Of a stretch of DNA of 64,000 nt, positions 1 through 11,156 are shown piece after piece. The stretch comes from Psammoneis japonica (lineage: Eukaryota), in NCBI GenBank assembly GCA_008632985.1, contig QPGO01000035.1, positions 545,899 to 609,898 on the forward strand, written 5' to 3'. The position numbers and the translations under genes were made by a program. Under the pieces are notes generated by a model, which did not search any database, was not told where the DNA came from, and saw nothing but the letters and a program-made list of their open reading frames with translations. Positions within the stretch are counted from its first letter, which is position 1, and every line of letters starts with the position of its first letter.

Positions 1-9
1 CCATTTCAA

Positions 10-1460
10 TCAAGCATCAAGATTGCCGTCGTTGTCACTGGAACTGTATTCCTCAACAGTCGAAGACACCCCACAGCTATTTCCCTCCTGGCCAGCTGCG
101 CGACTTCCTACGGGCGGCGATTCTCCAAGACTAGAAACTTGATCACCTGAATCGTTTCCAATTGCCATAACCAAGTCTACGGGAAGCTGTTTTCCTCCAC
201 CTGCAGCCCATGCAACGGGGTTGTCGCTATCATAACACGCTTCTCGTAGTGGGGACACTGCAGTCCTATTCGAGTCGCTGCTGGACGAAGACGAGCCGTT
301 ACGTGAAACGTTGTCGGGTGAAGAGGCAGTACGGGCCTTTTTGTTAGCAGAAGGAATGATTTGATTATCGCGCTTCATCGATTCCAAAGCCCGCTTGCTA
401 GACCTGTTGACCCGTACGTTAACCTCACGGAGCTTCTCGTGCATCTCAGCTTGGTCACGGTCGCTCTTCTTTTCTGCCTCGGAAAGCCTTGTATTCAGAT
501 CTTCAACGCGCTCTTCCAGCCATCCGTTTCGATCTTTCAGCCATCCGTTTCGATCTTTCAGCCGTTTGATCTTTTCTTCTTTCTCGGCGTTTTGATGCTC
601 CAAAGAGATCAAGCGCTCACGATGATCAATAAGATTGGAAAGCTGCTGGACAAACGGCGCTCGAACATCAGGAGGGAGAACACCGACGAAGTGGCCGAAA
701 CGAAAAAAATGACGATCCCACGTTTCGTAATCATCCAAATCAGTATTCTGCAACTTCACAAAGATCTCCACGACCCTAACTATGGTCAGTGTCGAATCTT
801 TTTCGAAACCTAAGAACACGAAGTCATGGACAAGGGGTGAGCAATCAGTCGCATGGACGCCGTGGAAGTGTTGAAAAGAGGAACTTACCCATTCCAGCAA
901 CAGAAGATTCATAACTTTCTGATGCCATGACGGCTTTTCTTGGAGCGTTCGCCTTCTCTTTCTAACGGATTGAAGACACAAGGGAGATGCAAACAACAAC
1001 GTGGTCAGGGAAATGACAAGAAATCTGATGCGTCTCTGCTTTGCGCGGTCTTCAGTAAAACGGCTGCCGCGTAGAAATTGTACCCATGTCCACGTACTAC
1101 CCAAAGTAACGGCAATCAAAGGGAAAAGGGCGCTCATCTCGATACCGTAGGTAACGGCTGTCTTTCCCAGGGGGGTGACGAAGCGCTTTCAAGCTGGCGA
1201 TTCAAGAAAGAAATGCAGCCGGATTGCCGACACGTCGGCAGACAACAACATCTTCACAGCAAAAGCGACACGTCCTTGGATCCATACATGGCGTCACGTA
1301 CACGGAATAGTTCTGTACAAAGAGACCACGACACTTCCTCTCCACAATGAGTACAACAAGTCGAACTCACCTTTTTCTTCTTGCTAGCGGCGATCACGTT
1401 AGATGTCTTGACGGTGCGAGCGCTTGAATAGGACGCGACACTGATGTCGTCGTTTGCCAT
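10..1460 (-). CDS. Hypothetical coiled-coil protein, 3 exons (1371-1460, 889-961, 10-809; ~320 aa); member of a local gene family
   Basis: Canonical GTGAGT/GTAAGT donors and TAG acceptors join in frame (MANDDISVAS...KKKK|KEKANAPRKA...VAGM|GFEKDSTL...). The paralog at 34569-36315 has the same exon structure. A 21-bp tandem repeat (LKDRNGW) lies at ~519-562. Confidence 0.75.
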
Positions 1461-2699
1461 GGTAAGGGGTTATGTATCAGAGAAAGCTTGAGGTTTTGTC
1501 TTGATTGTGAGAGAAAGCGTTGGCGCCCGTCCAAGCTTGCCACGACCGATGGCTCGAAAGAAGTTTGCGAAAAGTTTTCAAGTGGGATTCTTGGGCGGAC
1601 TTTTCCTTCCTCAAAGGCAAAAACCATTCACGATTCTGTCACCGCTAAGAAGCCATGCGCTCAAGAAAGACAGGCTTTTCGTCTCCCCCCCTAGTAACAT
1701 GCCTCAATTAGAGCAGGTACGAAGTGCCTCCGCTCACCTGATAAAATACGAAATCTCTCGATCCTATGCTCATAGCTCATGCCACACAAACACCCAACAT
1801 GACATGTCTGCGCCATCATTTGAATACCTCTCGAGGATGTGGTACCGCTAAAATGAGCCTACGTAGCTGAACTCCAGAATGCTAAACCACAACCCATTAT
1901 TCCCTTGCGATGGTGCACACAACATGAAGCACCTTGCCTTCTCCCCACCCCACACCAACTACACCACCGTTGTCGGCCGCAATAGGCAAGCTATTCTATT
2001 AAATGCACGTTTTCGATCTTCCAACAAAACCGTTTACTTTCTTGAAATACACTATGGTAGAGCATCGACTAAGGGATACCGAGCATCGCACATTACTACA
2101 TCAACTCATCTATTTCAGATCGACACAACCAGCATCATGAGTCGAGATGAGAGATGAGAGAGTTTTCGTCCAGAGTGGAGAAGATACTGCCTATTTTCAA
2201 TACAGTATTTGTTTACTTATATGTTGAATGATGTGACCACTTGCCGGCATGCTCCGTCGACATACGGTGCTGTAATTCCGTCCTTCGCTTCAGGTGAGCC
2301 ATGCGTGACAGACGATGGAACGAGAGCAAAGTTAGTTCAAAGTAAAGAGCAAAAGGACAGAGATTTCAAGACTGGGTGAAAGAAGCCAGTGTTGAGAGTT
2401 CGAAGTTCTGCTGCAGGAGCTAAACATGGTGCAAAGTGGTGTGCCAGTGTAAATCAAATGGGGTGTCCAGTGCGTGGTTGGCATCGAATTGGGCTGCGAA
2501 CAAAAAACGGAAAAGCTGAGAAAAGGCAAAAACGTCGTGCAATCACACAGTTCAGCTCAACTCATTGGCATCCTCCTGCAGTCAGTGTTTAAATTATAAA
2601 GTGACATGTTCAGTGCCTTCATCCATGGGTCTCTCACACGTTGCGCTGCAGTGACTCGGTTCAACAACGCTCAGATTCATCGCCCGCCGTTTAGAGAGC

Positions 2700-4791
2700 C
2701 CTCTGACTCACTGGCCAATGGATCACTTGAAAGGTGATTCACACTTTTCCTTGTCATTGGAGGTGTTCAACTCCTCATTATCCAAACTTCCGCTGCTTTT
2801 CAAGCTGTTTCCATCAGAAGTTGATGCCCCCAGGCGATGCAGCACCGTGGGTGAGGCGGAGTCTCTTGAAGGGAGAGATGGAAGTCTCCACATCCATCTT
2901 TCATTCACGAGGCCACTTGTGACTTGCCATTGGTCCCGTGCAAGCCTCGCTCAGAAGGTTGTCTAGATCTGAAACAATTTTGAAGAGGGGGCATGACTTC
3001 CTTCTTGGGAGACAACGCAAAGGCGCCCTTTGAGGTTGCGGATTTGCTCTTCAAGCACTTCTCGACGCGTTCCAGCCCTAGGTGGGAGCTCGTAGTACTG
3101 ACGTGTGACAACAATAATTAAATTTTTATCATCCGTCGTATGTTTCGTACGTAGATTTCTACGTGTGATATTTAAAAAAAATTGTCCAGACTCGCTGTTT
3201 TGCGAAGCCCCAGACGTTTTATATAACAAATTTATAGAAACAATAATGCGCCAGTTACATTCTTCAATGTCTGAAGAATGTAACTGGCTAAGTAAAAAAT
3301 GATGTACTTCAATCATGTGCGAGTTTGTGCGTTCGCAAAATTGCCTCATTTTCTGTTGGCGATCATTGACATTCTAATTACCGTATAATTTTACTACGGA
3401 GCTCGCACGTAGAAGTCTACGGGCCCAATGTCACACGGATTCCCACCTACGTCTGGAACGCGTCTCTCTGTCTTTGGCAGAGAAAGTCGCAGCACTGCTT
3501 CTGTCATCAGTGGATTCAGTGTCAATGATGACCTTCACATTCACAAGTCTGCCACCAGCTTCAACATGCACTGAGGTTGAAGAGCTGGATGGCCTCTTGC
3601 TTCCGGAAGAAGAGTGGCAGTTCCTGTTGCCAGGGCTGCCACACTGCGTGTTGCTGGGAGCGACAGCAAGTTCATGATCCTCCTTGTCATTTGATCCATG
3701 GCAAGCCTCTGTCTGAAATGCACTGCGCTGCTTTTGACTTGCTTGAAGCTCCTCATTGGCATCATCTTGAAGGCTGCTGAGACACTCAACTTGCGCAGTG
3801 AAGGCTTCTTTAAGAGGAGCAACCTGCTGCCTGTGAAGCTCTTTGCAATGCTCTTCAATTTCCTTGTCATGCTCTTCAAGTTCTGCGCCGCACTCTTCAA
3901 GTTTTGTGATGTGCTCCTCATTGTTGCAAGCTTCTTCCCTTGATTGGTCAACACCCATCAACCGAAGGTGATGACTTTGATGAGTGGAGAGTTGCTCTTC
4001 AAATGATGAAGCCTGCAACTCTGGTGGAAGACATGCTGTGAGTTTCCGGCAACATTTGACGCAGTGCGTGCATCTCTTGTTGTCGCACAGATTGACCTTC
4101 TGGAGCTTGACAAAGGTTCTTGACATTGACTCAATGGTCTTGATCAACTCTGTTGTGATTTGAAATGCCAGCCACAAAGAGAAATCAAAACACATGAGCA
4201 AGGCACAAGGTGATCTTACGTGAGGAACAAGAATGGAAGAGCCCCACTTGCCCATTCCAGCAACACCAGATTCATCACATTCTGACAACATGATGGTCAT
4301 TCTTTGAGTGTTGGCCTTCTCTTTCCAATGGACTGGACACACAATGGAGATGAAACAACAACATGGTCAGCAAAATGACAAGAAATGGATGCGGGTCTGC
4401 TCTGCATTGTCACCCATCAAAATGGCTGTGGCACAGAATTTGCACCAAAGCCTGCAAAACAAAGCATGGTGATGGCAGAGAGAAAACCAGCGCTCATCTT
4501 GATCATTCAAAACAACAATGGTCATCTCTCAAGTCAATGATTCTGGAAAGAGACGCAGCCAGATTGCTGAAACGGCAGGTTTCCCATGACCACACGGCTG
4601 GTGCAGAACCCACACCTTCACAAGCCACACGTCCCATGAATCCATGCATTGTGCCATGACATGCATCAGATTGTCTTGCAGAGAAATCACAACACAAAAT
4701 GACTCACCATCTTCTTTGCCTTGGTGCTCACGTTGCATGTCTTGACGGCGCGATTGCTTGAAAACAAGACACTGGCATCGTCATTTGTCAT
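2700..4791 (-). pseudogene. Hypermutated paralog of the 10-1460 / 34569-36315 gene family, interrupted by a MITE
   Basis: Recognisable exons MTNDDASV...KAKK, KEKANTQRMTIMLSECDESGVAGM and ...TFVKLQ. The acceptor TAG is now TGG (~4325) and the donor GTAAGT is now GCAAGT (~4250). The 303-aa ORF has no Tyr. The 3' end is approximate. Confidence 0.75.
3064..3464. mobile_element. MITE, family A copy 1 (401 bp), TpA-rich and unmutated
   Basis: 24-bp TIRs GACGCGTTCCAGccctAGGTGGGA / TCCCACCTacgtCTGGAACGCGTC. 4-bp TSD TCTC (3060-3063, 3465-3468). Homologous copy at 48785-49179. Confidence 0.92.
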
Positions 4792-6685
4792 GGCAACAGA
4801 GTTTTGCATCGCTTGTGGTTTCATCTTGATTGCTGGACAATGAAGAGTGAGAGAATTCATTGGGGCATTGATGCTTGACATTCATGACAGATGGCCAGAA
4901 AGAGGTTTGTGAAATGTGTTCAATCAGGACTCCTGGCAGACGTTTCCTTTCTCACCACCCACATTGGCTTTGTGCACTCACAACATGCAGGAGAGTGCCA
5001 ACACTGATCTCGTGGACTTTCCGACCAACTGGTCTTTGAAATTCAAGAGTCAGAGGATCATTGAAAGGGTCAACAGCACACATGGGTGAGCTTGTTCTTC
5101 TCACAAATCTTGGCCCACATGTGTCAAACAACACCTGGTGCAACTGAGGAGACATTCATGATTCAGTCAACAGTGATCCATCACTGCTGCAGAGTGTTTG
5201 TTGCTTCATTTGTAGAGGCCTTCCCCACCATTGATTTTTGTTGCATCAACAGAAATGGATGAAAATGCATGTGTGAACAAGCACTGGCAGACAAAAGTTG
5301 GAGAATTGAAAAGGCTTTCCGTTGGCGCATCATGGACTGAGACGTCTGCTGCGCTCCGTGGAGAGCTCAAGCTGATGTGACACAGCAAGTTGGTGAGTCG
5401 GAATGTTTGGCTGTCAAAGCTCCAATGCTTCTCACAAATCCAACAACAGGATGGGAAAGTTTTGCCACTGACTTTCACAACTTGTCTGTTGCTCCAGAAT
5501 TCATTTTCTTGATGTTGCGGCTGCCTGGACTCCGATGCAAGATCCCTGACATCCCTGTTGTTTGGCTTGCCACAGATTTTTAATTGTCCCTTCAACACCT
5601 GCCTGCAAAATGACAATTGAGTCATTGATTGATCAAAAGAGTTCACAGAGCTCGTCTTCAAGTTTCAAACAACCCACTCCAGGTGTGTTGCAGCCACACC
5701 ACAAAAATCAATCATCGCATGACAGTTTCCACCTTTGCGAGCAGCTGCCGACTGAGTGATGGTTTGAATCATGGCAGTTTGCCAGATTGTCCTCTCTTGC
5801 TCTTTTTGCAATGACAATCATGCAGGAGGAGTTGCAGAGTTGAACTCAATCCACAGGTCCGTTGCCAAGGCGAAGTTGGGTTGTTTCCTGGGCAGCTCTA
5901 GATTGACGACTGTGATTTCAGTGGAGACACGCACTGCAAAAGAGACAAACCCTTGCCTTGTGTGCTTGCAACCCATTGTCAGGGCAGCAAAGAGCTTGTG
6001 CTTGACAGCAAATCTTTCGAAGCACGCTGATGCCATTCGTTGGTTGCCCCAATTGAGACAGGTTGGGGAAATTTTTTCCAATGAGTTGGCATGAGTCGAC
6101 ACCATGTCTGAGGTGGAAAGTGGACGAGCTCACTGCATGTTTTGTCAATGGACAGGGAAGGATGTCAACAACATGTGGAGTGATGCCACATGTGGCAGTT
6201 TTCTGTGCTTGCACTTTCAAGCTCGACGTTTGGTTGCTGTTTGCTCAACAACTCCAGCTGTGCACCCACCATTGGATTTTGTGTTTGAGCCTTGCAACAC
6301 TTGAGAGAAGCACTGGAAAAGCAGGGGCAGGGATGAGACTGGGTGACACTCAGTGGAGACATCATTCTCATCCGTGACAGCGAGATGTCTCACTTCTCCC
6401 CGCCACAACCATCGTCAACCCGTGCCCCGTGCGCTGAGTGCGTCGCGCTCGCAACTTGGGAACTGAGGAACTCTCAACGAACTGCGATGCGCGTGATTTT
6501 CGCGCGACGAGAACTCGCGCCGAAAAAAAAAACTCGGAGCGCGCGCGCTGAGCACACAAACTCCAATCGGAACCCGGAAACTTTTCGGTTCTCGCTGTTC
6601 GCTGCGCCTGTTCTCTGCAAAATCACATCAGAACGCTCTGCAAAAAAGACGTTACCAAAGCAACATCGTCATTGGACCCATCACC

Positions 6686-7405
6686 ATGGTGAAGCAAGCC
6701 CCCTTTACTGCTCAACTTATCTATGCTGATACCAAGGCCAAGTTTCAGGAGCACACGGCTCCAAACGGCCAGGTCTACGTTGAAGTCGAACCGGACGCCG
6801 AGTACTTTGTTCGGATTCGTTCCGAACGTCCTGGATCTGTTCTCTGTTTCATTGAGGTAGACGGAGAGAGCCTTGGATACCATGACAATCTTTCAAATGC
6901 TTCTGGTTATCGTGATAGGGGATTATATTCCTTTGATGGGGTGAATCAGACGATGAAAGCTCTTGTGTTTGTCAAGACGCCCGTACAGATGCAAGGCGAT
7001 CCTGCAAACGCTCCTCCATACTGGACAGGAGAAATCAAGGTTTCATTCTACGAGGGTATCAGGACCGAAGAAACGTATGAGCTACAAGCATCGTCCAATA
7101 CGTGGAACGGTGGAAATGTGGGACACATGATTGGAAACGATCCTAGCAAGAAGAAGGGTCTCAAATCAAGCAAGGGCGAGTACCAAGAAGTTACGCAAGT
7201 TTCCGGTGGAAGATGCACACATTACGACAGGGGACAACTCCTCGACACGATTGTCTTGAAGTACTGCTCTACGATTGGCTTGATTCATGCAGGGATCTTG
7301 CCCAAGCCGCCAGCATGGGAGCTTCATCGCATGATGCATCCCGCAAACACGGCTCCAGTGGACCAAGCGACCGCCGGTATGAGTGTCGACCTGACTGCGA
7401 GCTAG
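6686..7405 (+). CDS. Hypothetical protein, 239 aa
   Basis: ATG-initiated single ORF with normal amino-acid composition (Tyr present) and a globular beta-rich pattern (VYVEVEPDAEYFVRI, GEIKVSFYEG). Confidence 0.75.
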   Translation: MVKQAPFTAQLIYADTKAKFQEHTAPNGQVYVEVEPDAEYFVRIRSERPGSVLCFIEVDGESLGYHDNLSNASGYRDRGLYSFDGVNQTMKALVFVKTPVQMQGDPANAPPYWTGEIKVSFYEGIRTEETYELQASSNTWNGGNVGHMIGNDPSKKKGLKSSKGEYQEVTQVSGGRCTHYDRGQLLDTIVLKYCSTIGLIHAGILPKPPAWELHRMMHPANTAPVDQATAGMSVDLTAS

Positions 7406-8108
7406 AGGTCGAGTTTCGAGAGAATTAGAAGAGAGAGGTCCAATTGAGGATATCTTGCATGACTTACGATATTCGAATCAAAGGATTTATTTACATGCAA
7501 CATACTAAAGCAGTGGTGTTTAGGATATGTGTTTCGCCGCTCTTCTTCTTTCTCTTCATTACCTTGTTTTAGGTCATTTTATCTGCAGTTGGCAGTGGCC
7601 AATTGATACTATACTGGAGCCTTGAATTTAACCTGATTGATGGAGTTTAGCCTCTCTATTACCGGTATCATAGAGAGGTTTCTTTCGCACAATACACTGT
7701 ATGGTAGCAAGTCGCGTTCCCTCACCAGGGGATATGGGTTCCAACGGTGGAATTTTCAGTTTTGAAATAGTTATTTATCTCCAGAAATGAGATCATTCAT
7801 TTTTGTTTCATCTCTATGCTTGAAGAAATATCAATGATTCACGTCGATTTGTCGTTCCCAAAACCATTACCAGGTAACCAGACTGTGAACTCGCCAAGGG
7901 GTGGTAGCGAAACTCAAAAACTGAAAACACTCAAAAAACGCCGCTCACTCTTTCAACTTTGCCAACAGAAGAGGTATTATACATTATACTGTAATAGCAG
8001 ACCGTGTCGACAGATCAAATTGAAACCTTAAAAGCTCTTCTGAGTGAAGCAGTTGAGAATAGTTGGGTTTAGCTTTTCGAAGTTTCGCAGCAGCACTACC
8101 TCTACAGT

Positions 8109-9080
8109 ATGGATTCAACGGTCGATCAATGCTCCGACGCAGCAGCAGCGCAACCCATGACTGCTCTTGCCTTGCTGAGACAAACGCGAAAAAGGCCTCG
8201 GCTGTATCTTTTGAATTCTTATTCTGGTTTCGGTGTCTATGAGTTGGATTTGGGTATTACCGAAATTGCGGGGAGCGCTGGTGCGGGCAAGACACAGTTG
8301 TGTCTTGGTCTGTGTTGTGCCTGTGCGTGTGAGACATTTGAGTCTTCTAGCAACCAACAGCTGAATCTAAATCAGGATAGTATGGCAGTAAATGACAAGG
8401 AGAATACATATCCGCGGTACTACAGAGCTCTGTACGTATCCATGGGTGAAGGCGGAGCTCCAGCGAAAATTGCAGAACGACTCGGCACCATTGCTCAACA
8501 CCGACATGAGCGGCAGGGAGGTCCATCTGCAAGAGAAGTTTTATCTCGAGTGCTAACCATAACGGTTAGAAATGAGGACGAATTCTTGCATCTCATCAAT
8601 CAGGATCTTCCAGCTTTGCTATCAGATACTTCATCTGAATCGCCCGTTGGTGTGGTTTTGTTTGACAGCATTGCAGGATTGTTTCGTGTGCCTGATACAA
8701 TGAGTAGTGGCGGCGGCTCCTTTTATTCTCGACGGAGTGCTGTCCTGTTTGATGTGGCTGCAAAGCTCAAACAACTCTCTGAACAATATCAAGCCCCAAT
8801 GGTGGTTGTAAACCAAGTCACATCTGTCATTTCGGATTCAAGCGAAAATCAGGTAGTTCCGGCTTTGGGAGTGACGTGGTCCAATTGTGTCAATACAAGC
8901 TTCTTGGTGACTCGAGAAGAAGGATGGGTAGACGTGGAGGTGGAGAACGAAGAGCAAAAGGTGACCACGGAGAAGCAGTCGAAATGTATCAGAAAGCTGA
9001 GACTCCATCGCTCCTCGAGGTTTCCAGAATCCGTGGTCGAATTCGAGGTTGGTGCTGGAGGACCGATTGCAACAGAGTAA
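8109..9080 (+). CDS. XRCC3: RAD51-paralog DNA repair protein, XRCC3-like
   Basis: Walker A ITEIAGSAGAGKTQLC, Walker B VVLFDSIAGLFR, VVVNQV and PALGVTWSNCVNT motifs of the RAD51/XRCC3 family. Confidence 0.85.
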   Translation: MDSTVDQCSDAAAAQPMTALALLRQTRKRPRLYLLNSYSGFGVYELDLGITEIAGSAGAGKTQLCLGLCCACACETFESSSNQQLNLNQDSMAVNDKENTYPRYYRALYVSMGEGGAPAKIAERLGTIAQHRHERQGGPSAREVLSRVLTITVRNEDEFLHLINQDLPALLSDTSSESPVGVVLFDSIAGLFRVPDTMSSGGGSFYSRRSAVLFDVAAKLKQLSEQYQAPMVVVNQVTSVISDSSENQVVPALGVTWSNCVNTSFLVTREEGWVDVEVENEEQKVTTEKQSKCIRKLRLHRSSRFPESVVEFEVGAGGPIATE

Positions 9081-9235
9081 GGCGCTATCATCAGCATTGC
9101 ACTCTGCAAATTCCCTACCTAGCGTTACAATTCCAAAAACAAACGCCTACGACCAGGGACTTCACAGTTTATACATAACTTGTTTCGTAAGTTGACGGTA
9201 CACAAGTTGTAAAAACACTCATCAATGTAGAGTTG

Positions 9236-11156
9236 CTAGTGTATGGAAATGAGGTTGTCGGGATGATGACCTCCTTTCCAATTGAGGTCTCGCACAAGAG
9301 TGGGCGTTCCGCACCCCCCTTCTAGGGCACTGAGCAACACCGCCAGGATAGCCACACCTCCCGACGGAGCGTCTGCTGTTCCTGATAATTCACCATACTT
9401 GTCTTGCACTTGGAAACGACCTTTGGCAATGCGGCTAGCCGAAAGCTCAAAAGAAAAGAACTCAACCGACCCCAAATCGTCGGACCACTTTCCAATCCTA
9501 CCACTCAGCTTTGGAGTATAGAAACAACGATGTGTCCAAGGAACAAAGACGCAAAGCACCGAGCAACCATCTGGCAGGGCTCTCCACGTCATTCTTTCGT
9601 TTCCATCATACTGAAAGTGGTCCACCATGCTATCGTGGGCTGGGAGCACAAGCGATGCCAAGCCAACGGCGCCTTGTTGTTCGGACCCGACACTCTCATT
9701 CGCACAAGGAACGAACAGTTTGGCCCAGTCGGAAAAAGCCCCTGCAGTACGACGATTTGCATACATTTGCTCGGCCGAATCTCGGAGGACACTGGTTGCT
9801 TTGGCATTACCGCGTCTAAAGTTGCAAGCAATGACTCCCACATTGGCAATTCCGCTGCTTCTTGTGGCATTCGCTTCGACGGTGGAAGACAGAATTGACG
9901 GTGTAACATTCGTCATATCGTCCTCCGTTATGTATACAAAGCCCATTGGCGCCGACTCCTCTTCAGTGGAACTGCCGCCATTGTGGTCATCATCATCTCC
10001 TGCGGACGCAGCTCCTTCTGATACTGTGTTCTCGGTTTCACAAGTCCGATTAAGATACTCCTTTTCAACCCATTCCATGCCAGGCGAAACTGTAGACAAG
10101 CCATCTTCGCACCGTGATAAGCGAGACTCCAGTAGGCTTGTTGCGACAGATTCAGGGTTCAATGTGCTATCTCCGGCAGCGGGTCGCCTCGAGTTTGTCG
10201 AAACGTGAATGGGAGATGTAACGGCGGAGATTGAGACTTTCATCAAGTCATCCGTGGGACACATTTGAAGCCTTGTCCGTTTGATGTGCTTCCTCCACAA
10301 GAAGAAAGCGAGAGCAAGCACAGCATTGATCGACACAACAACCGCACTAATTACTGCAGCATTTGCTTCCCGCCTTGACGTGTTGCTATCTTCATTCGGT
10401 GTGGGCGGAGGACTGGCACCTAATCCTGTCGGGGGCGTGGGTGAAGGCAGTGATCCACCTCCAATCCCAGGTGAAGGCGACACTGCGCTATCACCACCAT
10501 TGCTACACGCAGTTGAGACTTTTCAGCCACCAGGGAACGACCCTGTGTTTCCATTGGGGGTCTGGGTCAGCGACGAGCATCTGCCATTTTCCGTATGCTC
10601 TAAAGAACAACCTTCCTCCCAAATGCACTCAGTAGCATTGCAAACCCCCGGACTTAAGCTTCCATATGACTGTGGTCGACTAGACCCACAATTGTTTGAA
10701 CCAGCCAGAATACACTGAAATCCTCCTGCCGTCATGGCTGCAGGGCAGGCATCCTGTATCACCAGAGCAAACCTCACCGCCACTCAGACGGGTTCCATCC
10801 ATCACTACGTTACAACCAAGGCACCCTCTGGGGGGATTCTCTTCGTTGCAGCCGCACGGGTTGTCACAAGTCCACAGCCAAACTTGAACGTCGTCGAGTA
10901 GGCTCAAAAACGATGGTGCACCTCCGAAACCCCACGCATCATGGAAGCATCCCGTGACGGCATTCACCAAATCAGAAGCCACGGCATTTTCGCAAAGTGG
11001 AAAACACGCGTAGGAACAACTGGAAATGTAGACCTGTCCTAAACTAGGGCAAGTTGCGTGGATGTAAGGGATAAGTGAGAACGTCGCAAGCAGACAAGCT
11101 CCGGTGCTTTTTGCCGTGATGCCCTGGTGCCGGGCGCCTACGTTTTGCTTTCTCAT
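9236..11156 (-). pseudogene. Cys-rich single-pass membrane protein gene, apparently disrupted (frame change ~10740-10780 and in-frame TGA at 10523-10525)
   Basis: Signal-peptide-like GACLLATFSLIPYIHA, Cys-rich ectodomain, Pro/Gly stalk and TM segment AAVISAVVVSINAVLALAFFLW followed by RK. ORFs 10523-10783 and 9236-10483 share a frame and are separated by one TGA. Confidence 0.55.

Noticed and set aside
3064..3464. Classical RIP (CpA->TpA) acting on the TA-rich copies
   Set aside because: The TA-rich copies are the functional ones (intact genes, canonical splice sites, conserved Tyr) and retain plenty of CA/TG; the outgroup MITE supports TA as ancestral.
2600..6640. Sequencing or assembly artefact as the cause of TpA loss
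   Set aside because: The changes are context-specific, occur on both strands, follow element boundaries and skip a nested MITE. Raw reads would still be needed to exclude this formally.
10523..10525. Selenocysteine recoding of the in-frame TGA
   Set aside because: No redox motif or recognisable SECIS element, and a second lesion lies nearby.
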